DNA of 32,000 nt from an uncultured Chloroflexia bacterium (lineage in GTDB: Bacteria; Chloroflexota; Ktedonobacteria; Ktedonobacterales; JADMIN01), in NCBI GenBank assembly GCA_963718915.1, contig CAVRAI010000006.1:60001-92000 (forward strand), in the 5' to 3' direction. This document shows positions 16,438 through 23,605 of the stretch, piece by piece. How positions within the stretch are numbered: position 1 is the first letter of the stretch; each line of letters starts with the position of its first letter. Both the position numbers and the translations under genes were made by a program. Below the pieces are notes generated by a model, which saw only the letters and a program-made list of their open reading frames with translations, made no database searches and was not told the DNA's origin.

Positions 16438-16671
16438 ATGTCGCAGGAACTCATACGCAAAACTATTCGAGCATGGCGCACGGAGAATTTTCTCACACTT
16501 CAAGAACTTGCGGATATGGTCGGAGTCAGGATCCAAACACTCTGGAACTGGGAGAATGACCGCGCGATGCCCGCATTTCGGAATATCCGAGCGCTCGCGC
16601 GGGCGCTCAAGATCGAGCCGCGCCAGATCATTTTGCCCAATCCCAAAAGAGAGCCAGTTGTAGAAAGCTAA
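16438..16671 (+). CDS. XRE-family HTH transcriptional regulator
   Basis: 77 aa. IRAWRTENFLTLQELADMVGVRIQTLWNWENDRAMPAFRNIRALARAL is a Cro/C1 HTH. GAGGAGGG RBS upstream. Divergent from the DinD-like gene across an AT-rich spacer. Confidence 0.8.
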   Translation: MSQELIRKTIRAWRTENFLTLQELADMVGVRIQTLWNWENDRAMPAFRNIRALARALKIEPRQIILPNPKREPVVES

Positions 16672-16872
16672 CCGATACCTGGCATTCGCTATTCATTGCC
16701 CGGAGCGGCTAGAAACCCACTGGCGGAGACGTAATCATTGGCAACCGAGAAAGATGATTTGGAAGAGTTCATCGCGGAATGCGCCAAGGAAGATCCCAAT
16801 TTTCCCGCAATGGTTGAGGCTGCATTGCAACACCGCATTAGTGCGCGTAGACGAAACAGAAGGCTACACACC

Positions 16873-17436
16873 ATGACGATAGACGCGGCGTTTACCACGT
16901 TTCCCGTGCTGGCGACGCAGCGCTTGCGGCTGCGTAAACTTGAGTCGCGCGACGCCAACGATTTGTACACGATGCTCTCCGATGAAGAGACGATGCGCTA
17001 CTACGGCGACCCGACGTACCAGTCGCTTGCCGAGGCCGAGGCGTTCATCATTCTGCGGCGGGACGACTACACCCGGCGCAGAGAGATCCGCTGGGGCATC
17101 ACGCGACAGGATGACGACCGCATCATCGGCTCCTGTAGCTTTCACCAATTTGACGAGGGCTACCACCGCACCGAGATAGGCTATATTCTCAATCGCGCCT
17201 GCTGGGGGCAGGGCATCATGGCTGAGGCGCTTTCCGCCATCCTGACGTATGGGTTCATCGACCTGGGCCTGCATCGTATCGAGGCGATCATCGACATCGC
17301 CAACGAGCGCTCCAAAAATGTGCTGCTCAAGCTGGGCTTCCAGTATGAGGGCAACCTGCGCCAGCGCTTCGCCTTTCGTGGCAGCTTCGAGGACGAACAC
17401 TACTTTGGCCTGCTCCGCGACGAGTGGCGCCCGTAG
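16873..17436 (+). CDS. GNAT-family N-acetyltransferase (RimJ/RimL-like)
   Basis: LRLRKLESRDANDLYTMLSDEETMRYYG...IGSCSFHQFDEGYHRTEIGYILNRACWGQGIMAEALSAILTYGF...LHRIEAIIDIANERSKNVLLKLGFQYEG is typical of the family. ATG 16873 chosen. The frame stays open back to TTG 16738. Confidence 0.8.
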   Translation: MTIDAAFTTFPVLATQRLRLRKLESRDANDLYTMLSDEETMRYYGDPTYQSLAEAEAFIILRRDDYTRRREIRWGITRQDDDRIIGSCSFHQFDEGYHRTEIGYILNRACWGQGIMAEALSAILTYGFIDLGLHRIEAIIDIANERSKNVLLKLGFQYEGNLRQRFAFRGSFEDEHYFGLLRDEWRP

Positions 17437-17467
17437 TACCCCATAGTACCCCATAGTACCCCGTAGC
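17434..17467 (+). repeat. 10-bp tandem repeat TAGTACCCCA x3.4
   Basis: tagtacccca tagtacccca tagtaccccg tagc begins at the GNAT stop codon. The 10-bp period puts TAG in all three plus-strand frames. Confidence 0.9.
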
Positions 17468-17479
17468 TCTCAGGCGCTT

Positions 17480-17971
17480 TCAAACGTTCTCTTCTTGCTC
17501 CTCCTGTGGCAGCGCGGCTGGGCCGATGGCGCGGTGTCGCAGCGGCGAGGCAAGCACAATCGACGTGTTCGGCCAGCCATAGGGCATCAGCCGGGCAATC
17601 ACCGCTTGCAAGTGCGAGACCGAGGCGACGACGACGGTCAGCGACATGCAATCGTCGCCGGTGATGTCGTGGCATTCGACGATCTCTGGGCATCCCTTGA
17701 TGACGGCCATGATGCGCTCGTGCGTCACGTTCGCCCCTTTGAAGCGAATGATCGCGGTGAGCGAGAGACCCAGCTTCGCCGGATTTACCGTCGCGTGGTA
17801 GCCCGTGATGATCCCGGCTGCCTCCAGCCGCCGGATGCGGTCGGCCACCGCTGGCGGCGTCAGCCCCACCCGCCGCCCAAGATCCGCGTACGAGCTGCGC
17901 GCGTTCTCCTGAAGCGCGCAGAGCAGCGCCCATCCTGTCTCGTCGAGCAATTTTTCAGGATCGTTAGTCAT
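17480..17971 (-). CDS. Lrp/AsnC family transcriptional regulator
   Basis: LDETGWALLCALQENARSSYADLGRRVGLTPPAVADRIRRLEAAGIITGYHATVNPAKLG followed by a RAM/ACT-like C-terminal domain. Divergent from an amino-acid permease. Confidence 0.9.
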   Translation of the reverse strand: MTNDPEKLLDETGWALLCALQENARSSYADLGRRVGLTPPAVADRIRRLEAAGIITGYHATVNPAKLGLSLTAIIRFKGANVTHERIMAVIKGCPEIVECHDITGDDCMSLTVVVASVSHLQAVIARLMPYGWPNTSIVLASPLRHRAIGPAALPQEEQEENV

Positions 17972-18119
17972 AGGGGCATTCTGCCTTCCGTTTGCGCACC
18001 ACTGGCCGCATCTGCTTTGGGAATCCCATTCACTCGCCGCATATTCTTTACTATCATATCACCGCGTAACTACTGCCAGCTATTGCTGGTTTCTCTATGT
18101 CAAGGAGCGAATACAACTA

Positions 18120-19430
18120 ATGGCGACCACAGCCACAACTGGAGAAACCCTGCGCAAGCATCTGTCGTTGACCGATGGCTTCGTCCTCTATACCAGCGCC
18201 GTCCTGGGGCAGAGCCTGATCGTGCTGCCCTCCATCGCCGCGCGGCATGCCGGGCCGTGGTCCATCCTCGTCTGGGCCGCGCTGGCCGTCGTCTCATATC
18301 CGCTGGCGCGTATCATGGCCGAACTGGGCGCGCGCTACCCCTCGGCTGGCGGCGTTATCGCGTTCATCGGGCGCGGTCTGGGCCAGCCCGTCGCCTGGCT
18401 CACCGGCACGCTCTATCTCACGGCAATCGCGGTGGGCGGACCGGCGGCGGCGCTCATCTTTGCCGAGTATGTGGCCAAGCTCGTGCCGCTACCCGGACAC
18501 TGGAACTTCGTCGTTGCGGCGGCGCTGCTTGCCCTGCTCGTGCTGGGCAACTGCTTCGACGTCTCGCAGATTATGCGCCTCCAGCGGTGGGGCTTCTTCG
18601 TCTGCCTTGCCGCGATCACCGCCACGATGCTGCTGGCGCTGCCGCACGTCACCACGGCCCGCCTGACCGACATCAGCGGCTACGATCTCGCGGGCGTCGC
18701 CTCCACTGGCCTGATCTGCTTCTTCGCCTTCGTCGGCTGGGAGAACGCCGCCTTCTCCGGGGAGGAGTTCGCCGACCCGCGCACGCTGGTCAAGGCGCTG
18801 GGACTGGCTGTCGCCGTGGTTGGCGCGCTCTTCGTGCTGCTGGGCATCACCGTCGTCGGCGGCCTGGACCGGGCAGTGTTGGCGACGAGCGACGCCTCGC
18901 TGGCGGACCTGGCGCGCCTCTCGCTGGGGCTAGCGGCCACCCGTCTCGCCGCGGCCATCGCGCTGGCGCTGATGCTTTTGTTCATGTTCACCTGGGCGCG
19001 GAGCGCGACGCGCTTGATCTACGCCCTGGCGCGTGATGGACTGCTGCCATCCTCTCTGGCGCGCATCGACAGCGCGACCGGCTCGCCGCGCCGTGCGGCG
19101 CTCGCGCTTGGCGTCGCCTGGGGCGTGGCGCTCGCCATCCAGTTCCTGTTTGCCATTCCTATCGAGACCTACATCCAGCTCTCCAGCGGCAACTTCCTGC
19201 TGACCTACGTGTTCATCGTCCTGACGGCGTGGCGGCTGCTTCCGGTCCGCCGCTGGCTGCCCGCGCTGGTGATTTCGTCATGCGCCATCCTTGCGCTCGT
19301 TCTGGCCGGGTTCCAGAGCCTCTGGTACGCGCTGGCGATCACGGCGCTTTTCGCCGCGATGTTGGCCCTGCGACGCGCGCGCGAGAAGCACGGCGCCGCG
19401 CGACGCGAGGCCAGCCAGGATGCGGCATAG
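18120..19430 (+). CDS. APC-superfamily amino acid permease
   Basis: 436 aa with about 12 hydrophobic segments. The N-terminal LSLTDGFVLYTSAVLGQSLIVLP and ELGARYPSAGGVIAFI motifs are typical of APC transporters. AAGGAG upstream. Confidence 0.85.
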   Translation: MATTATTGETLRKHLSLTDGFVLYTSAVLGQSLIVLPSIAARHAGPWSILVWAALAVVSYPLARIMAELGARYPSAGGVIAFIGRGLGQPVAWLTGTLYLTAIAVGGPAAALIFAEYVAKLVPLPGHWNFVVAAALLALLVLGNCFDVSQIMRLQRWGFFVCLAAITATMLLALPHVTTARLTDISGYDLAGVASTGLICFFAFVGWENAAFSGEEFADPRTLVKALGLAVAVVGALFVLLGITVVGGLDRAVLATSDASLADLARLSLGLAATRLAAAIALALMLLFMFTWARSATRLIYALARDGLLPSSLARIDSATGSPRRAALALGVAWGVALAIQFLFAIPIETYIQLSSGNFLLTYVFIVLTAWRLLPVRRWLPALVISSCAILALVLAGFQSLWYALAITALFAAMLALRRAREKHGAARREASQDAA

Positions 19431-19458
19431 CGGGAACTGGGAACTGGGAACAGACTTT

Positions 19459-20160
19459 TCAGCGCGTGAGCCACTTGACCGCCCCCTGGGCGATCTCCGG
19501 CGGAACGGTATGCGGGCCGTCGAATTCGTGGTAGTCCACGTCGTAGCCCGCGTGTTGTAACACCCGAACAACCCGGCGACCACAGCGGTCGATGGGGAGA
19601 ATCTGGTCGTGGACGCCATGCGCGACGAAGATATGGGGCTGGCCGCGCCGCTCGCCAGGAGCCATGAAGCCGGGCGAGAAGGCGATGATGTGGGTGAAGA
19701 GGTCGCCGTTGGTCAGCCCTAGCGAGAGGGCATATGACGCGCCATCTGAGAAGCCACCGATGGCGAGCCGTTTCGGGTCTACGGCATAGCGCGCGAAGAT
19801 ATGGGCCAGCGCCTGATCGATGAAAGCGACATCGGAACCGTAGCCGCCCATAATGACATCCCAGGTGAAGAGGCGGGCATCGGGGGCGAGCAGCAGCAGC
19901 CCAGCCGCGTCGGCCCAGGGCAGCACCGGCGCCAGAACGGTATCCGCGGTGTGGCTGGCTCCGTGCAGCAGCAGCGCAAAGAGGGCAGGGCGCGTTACAT
20001 CGTATCCAGCGGGTACGTAGAAGAGACCATCGCGGCCATCCTCGTCGGCGAGGCCAAGCGCGTGCAGTCCGGGCGCTGCTGGCGTCTCCTGTGGCGGGAG
20101 CGGGCGCGCGAGGAGTCGCCCACGCCTGGCATCGTCGGTTGGTGGCGTCTCGCTTGTCAT
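19459..20160 (-). CDS. alpha/beta hydrolase (phospholipase/carboxylesterase-type)
   Basis: LLLHGASHTAD oxyanion-type segment, nucleophile elbow GFSDG, and late AHGVHDQILP...H triad candidates. Confidence 0.7.
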   Translation of the reverse strand: MTSETPPTDDARRGRLLARPLPPQETPAAPGLHALGLADEDGRDGLFYVPAGYDVTRPALFALLLHGASHTADTVLAPVLPWADAAGLLLLAPDARLFTWDVIMGGYGSDVAFIDQALAHIFARYAVDPKRLAIGGFSDGASYALSLGLTNGDLFTHIIAFSPGFMAPGERRGQPHIFVAHGVHDQILPIDRCGRRVVRVLQHAGYDVDYHEFDGPHTVPPEIAQGAVKWLTR

Positions 20161-20259
20161 GGGCGTCGCTCCTCATAAGCAGACTTGCGCGCTCTGGCGC
20201 ATGCGTACGAAAGCGAAACGCCCCTTCCCCGCGCGGGAGAAGAGGCATTTCCCATCATT

Positions 20260-20283
20260 CGCCGTAGTCTTCAGGCTACGGCG
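20260..20283. repeat. REP family B-like hairpin (cgccgtag-N8-ctacggcg)
   Basis: 8-bp perfect stem preceded by attcgccgtag as in family B copies. Lies just 3' of the anti-sigma gene. The adjacent ccccttccccgcgcgggagaagagg resembles the hairpin at 3799-3821. Confidence 0.4.
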
Positions 20284-20326
20284 CGCAACCCCTTAGAATT
20301 TGCCGTGGCCCCCAGAGGGAGGGCGA

Positions 20327-21733
20327 TTATTCTACGTCGTAGACATCGATCGCGCCATCGGGGCCAGCCCAGACGATGCTCGAATCGCACGCCTCGACCC
20401 ACGCCGCCGGTCGCACCAGCGCATCGATTGCGCTTGATCGGTGGGTGCGCGTATCCCATGCGTGCATCACGCCGCCCGCGCGCCACAGAATCGTTTCCCC
20501 GGCGACACGCACGCTCTCGCTATCAACCGACTGCGCGATGGTCCACTGCTGCTGGCTGTCAGAGAGCGCCTCCGCCTCAAGCGTGCCCGGCTGCCCCTCG
20601 ACCCAGATCAGCAATCCATTGGCAATATGCGGGGCGAAGGCGGTATCATCCGCGCTCATCTGATGCATCTGGCCCGAGGCGTTTCGCGACCAGATCAGAC
20701 TGTGCTGGCCAGTCGTATCTTGCCACCGCTCCGCCCAGTAGATAGTTGAGTCGTCCGCCGAGGGATCGGCCAGCGCATGTCCCTGTACCGCTGTCTCCGC
20801 GATGGTGACCGGCGCGGAATTCGTCGCGGGCAGCGCAAACTGAAGCACCTCGCTCCCGCCCGCATTCGTCGTGACGGCAACCAGCGCCATATGCGCATTC
20901 GCCCAGACGCCGTTGAGCGCCACCGGAGCATTGGCGGAGGTATCGCTCTTCACCAGTGGTATCGCGGCGTCAGCGCTACTGCCAGGGCGTCCAGCGTAGA
21001 GTGTCCAGGATGAGTCGCCGCCCGCGCTCCAGAAGACCCAGTCATTCGTGACGGCGCGCAGCATCACCGGAGCATCACCGGAGCCATGCGTCAGCGGCGC
21101 GATGGCCTTCGTCTGCCGGTTCTCGGCGTAGAGCGTCGTCGCGCCCGCCGTATCGGAGGCGCTATAGACCAGCCACTTCGACGTCGCCAGCGCTCGTGTA
21201 ATCGCATGCGCGCTGGCATCGGGCATGTAACGGGCGACCGAAGGCTTCGCCGTCTGGCCAGTGCCGCTATGAGCGGCGCCCAGACTGGTCGCGAGTGAGG
21301 CGAGGCCAGAATGTGGCAGAACCTGTATCGAAAGCACGCCCAGCATAATCACCGCGGCGGCGGCAACCAGCGCGACCCGCGGATTCAGCCGGATCATACG
21401 ACGATTGCGAGCCGCGGCCAGGCTGACTGGCCGGTGCGCCGACGAGATCACCGGCAGCTCCGGCGATGTATCCGCCTCGGTCAGCGAGGCGACGGCGCGC
21501 CCCATACGCTGCTCGTCGGCGCGAATCGCGGCGAAGACCGCCTCGCGAAATCCCAGCGGCGGCGTGATCGAAGGCAACTGGCGAACAGACTCACCCACAC
21601 TGCGATAGGCGAACTCGATTTTGCGACAGGCGGAGCAGGTGTTCAGGTGCTGGCCAAGCGCGGCCCGGTCGCGAGGTGACCAGTCATCTCGGCGGTACGC
21701 GGCGAGCAACCGATGCGCCCGCCTGCACGTCAT
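20327..21733 (-). CDS. zf-HC2 anti-sigma factor with one TM helix and a large extracytoplasmic repeat (beta-propeller-like) domain
   Basis: MTCRRAHRLLAAYRRDDWSPRDRAALGQHLNTCSACRKIEFAY (H-x3-C-x2-C) and TM segment VALVAAAAVIMLGVLSIQVL. The C-terminal part has recurring hhhW strands (WLVYSA, WVFWSAGG, IYWAERW, LLIWVEG, ILWRAGG, IVWAGPDG). The ATG overlaps the sigma stop (ATGA). Confidence 0.8.
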   Translation of the reverse strand: MTCRRAHRLLAAYRRDDWSPRDRAALGQHLNTCSACRKIEFAYRSVGESVRQLPSITPPLGFREAVFAAIRADEQRMGRAVASLTEADTSPELPVISSAHRPVSLAAARNRRMIRLNPRVALVAAAAVIMLGVLSIQVLPHSGLASLATSLGAAHSGTGQTAKPSVARYMPDASAHAITRALATSKWLVYSASDTAGATTLYAENRQTKAIAPLTHGSGDAPVMLRAVTNDWVFWSAGGDSSWTLYAGRPGSSADAAIPLVKSDTSANAPVALNGVWANAHMALVAVTTNAGGSEVLQFALPATNSAPVTIAETAVQGHALADPSADDSTIYWAERWQDTTGQHSLIWSRNASGQMHQMSADDTAFAPHIANGLLIWVEGQPGTLEAEALSDSQQQWTIAQSVDSESVRVAGETILWRAGGVMHAWDTRTHRSSAIDALVRPAAWVEACDSSIVWAGPDGAIDVYDVE

Positions 21734-22605
21734 TGTCCGCTGACCTCCTGTCGATACAGGGTGATGAACCGCTCGCGCGCCCGCATGAGACGCATTTTCA
21801 CGGCTGATGGACTGACGTTGAGTACTTCGGCGATCTCCGCGCATGAAAAACCTTCGTGTTCGTATAACAAAAGACATGCCGCGTACTTCGGCGGAAGCCG
21901 CTTGAGCACGCTTTCTACAATTTCCCGGTCGGCGACATGCTGTTCAAAGCGCCCACCGTCATAGCCAGCCGAGAAGGCATTGGCAGCGCTGGCAAGGGCA
22001 TCTTCCGATGGCCCCTGCTGGTTGTTGCCATTGCCCTCCATCCCCGGCATTCCGGCGCCCACACCACGATCTTCGTTGAAGAGCGAGAGCGGCAGCCAGG
22101 AGATCAACCGCCGCCGCCGTAGCGCATCGGTCGCCGTATTCGAGGCAATACGATAGAGCCACGACGAGAGCGCCGCCGCCTGGATGGTCGTCCCCGAGGA
22201 GAGCGCGCGATACGCTTTGACGAAAACGTCCTGCGTCAGGTCGCACGCCTGCTCGCGGTTGCCCACCAGCCGGAAGACAAAGTTGATCAGCGGCGTCTGG
22301 AAACGCGCGAAGATGTCCTCGAAGTCCGCAATCGTGACAACGGGACCAGCCTCCGCCGTTTCGTGTGACGCGGCCTGCTCCCCAATCTCCTTGACGAGAC
22401 TGGCACGCTCCGGCGCCGCCTCGCCAGCGGGTACAGCCGGTTCGAGCAACGTCTCGACCACCGCCTTGCGGGCAGGTGGATTCGAGCGCGTCTTCCGTGC
22501 TGGCGCCCGTACTGGCGCGTCACTCGGACGCTTGTTGCTCTTGCTGGCGCGCCGACGCGGCTGCTCAGAGCTATTCGAGTTGTAGGAACGAACAGACGGG
22601 TCCAT
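21730..22605 (-). CDS. ECF-type sigma-70 family sigma factor with an approximately 95-aa basic/low-complexity N-terminal extension
   Basis: Region 2: FARFQTPLINFVFRLVGNREQACDLTQDVFVKAYRAL...WLYRIASNTATDALRRRR. Region 4: LPPKYAACLLLYEHEGFSCAEIAEVLNVSPSAVKMRLMRARERF. Confidence 0.85.
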   Translation of the reverse strand: MDPSVRSYNSNSSEQPRRRASKSNKRPSDAPVRAPARKTRSNPPARKAVVETLLEPAVPAGEAAPERASLVKEIGEQAASHETAEAGPVVTIADFEDIFARFQTPLINFVFRLVGNREQACDLTQDVFVKAYRALSSGTTIQAAALSSWLYRIASNTATDALRRRRLISWLPLSLFNEDRGVGAGMPGMEGNGNNQQGPSEDALASAANAFSAGYDGGRFEQHVADREIVESVLKRLPPKYAACLLLYEHEGFSCAEIAEVLNVSPSAVKMRLMRARERFITLYRQEVSGQ

Positions 22606-22690
22606 TGGTTACACTCAGTAAGCATTCAGAGAAACATCGAGCGGGACAACCACCGGGATTGTACAGAAATGTTCGCAATAGTACCACCCG

Positions 22691-22733
22691 TGCTCGCGAT
22701 CTATGCTCGCAATCTGTGCTTGCGATGCTCGCG
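22691..22733. repeat. short tandem array of TGCT(C/T)GC(G/A) 8-mers (13-bp period)
   Basis: tgctcgcgatcta / tgctcgcaatctg / tgcttgcga / tgctcgcg at 22691, 22704, 22717 and 22726. This is 86-128 bp upstream of the ECF sigma start. Confidence 0.6.
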
Positions 22734-22916
22734 CCGCCCTTCAGACATGCCTTTCGGAAACCGACAGCATGCTCTTGCTATAGCATACCAGCATGATTGA
22801 GCGCGGTGGTCAGAAATGGCCAAGATGGGCACAGCCCGTTTGGCTCAGATGGTAGTCTGCAACGTAGACCGACCGAAACGCAAGCGCAGGATTGAGGCCA
22901 GCCATCGAATTAGCTC

Positions 22917-22945
22917 TTGCCATGATATTCTTCATGTACTATACT
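22917..22945 (+). promoter_or_regulatory. sigma-70-type promoter candidate for the mycoredoxin-like gene
   Basis: TTGCCA (22917-22922), a 17-nt spacer, then TATACT (22940-22945), in AT-richer DNA about 65 nt upstream of ATG 23010. Confidence 0.45.
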
Positions 22946-23009
22946 TTTTGAAGTGAGGGCCTCTCTTCCGGTTCTTAAGGAATATTGCCTGAAAGGTTCA
23001 GCAGTTTCG

Positions 23010-23342
23010 ATGATCCATTCCAATCCCGCACATACACCAGCAGATACGGATTCCACATTAGATGCAACAGATTCAACGACAAACCCCGCCACCATTACGA
23101 TGTATTCGACGACCTGGTGTGGTGATTGCCGCCGGGCTAAGCGTGTATTCGCCGATTTCGGTGTCCCCTATCTCGAAGTCAATATCGAGGACAATGAAGA
23201 CGCGGCTGAGCTGGTGCAGACGTTGAATAACGGCATGCGCAGCGTCCCCACCATCGTTTTCCCCGATGGCGGCGTTCTCGTCGAGCCATCCAACGCCGCG
23301 CTCGCCGCCGTGCTGGCGCGCTACGCATCCGCCGCGAACTAG
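23010..23342 (+). CDS. glutaredoxin-like thiol-disulfide oxidoreductase (mycoredoxin/NrdH-like)
   Basis: ITMYSTTWCGDCRRAKRVFADFGVPYLEVNIEDNEDAAELVQTLNNGMRSVPTIVFPDGGVLVEPS parallels mycoredoxin (IYTTSWCGYCLRLK...YDEVDIE...GNRTVPTVKFADGS). CxxC is CGDC. The promoter candidate makes the GTG at 22953 unlikely. Confidence 0.75.
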   Translation: MIHSNPAHTPADTDSTLDATDSTTNPATITMYSTTWCGDCRRAKRVFADFGVPYLEVNIEDNEDAAELVQTLNNGMRSVPTIVFPDGGVLVEPSNAALAAVLARYASAAN

Positions 23343-23605
23343 CGTCCCGCCGGAATCTTTCCGAGGCGACGGGGGGAATAGTCGGTGACTGTCTCTCACG
23401 TCGTTCCTCTGCCGCTCTTGACGCGATGCGCGCGGCGCTATACCCTTCAAGGGGCGATATCACGGCGCGACAAAATACGCGGGCTGGGGAGCTAACGGCA
23501 CACTATCTGCAACATGGGCCTTGCGCGAGCCGTAGTTTCCGCTGAAAGGTGTGCGATTTGCCAGGCAGGGGCTGAGTCTGGCCCAACATCAGGGAGCAGC
23601 GGGGG

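Noticed and set aside
17495-19036. Very long alternate-frame or antisense ORFs, for example 17495-19036 (513 aa), 23663-24871, 25025-26080, 25966-26994, 19205-20248, 10517-11479, 12450-13313, 5901-6797, 6809-7534, 7330-8127, 353-853.
   Set aside because: Each overlaps, in another frame or strand, a gene with clear family motifs. Their translations are Arg/Ala/Pro/Gly-rich low-complexity strings typical of shadow ORFs in GC-rich DNA, and none shows a recognisable domain.
22606-22700. Promoter for the ECF sigma operon (TACAAT on the minus strand at 22658-22663).
   Set aside because: No acceptable -35 lies at 16-18 nt, and there is no ECF-type GGAAC/CGTT pair. It is too weak to report as a feature.
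22834-22905. tRNA-like D-arm string ggctcagatggtag (22842-22855), suggesting a tRNA gene or an att-site remnant.
   Set aside because: The D-stem does not close (gctc...gtct). No 7-bp acceptor complement to gcccgtt is found downstream. There is no GTTCGAATC-type T-loop, and the candidate anticodon arm pairs at only 4 bp with a non-canonical loop.
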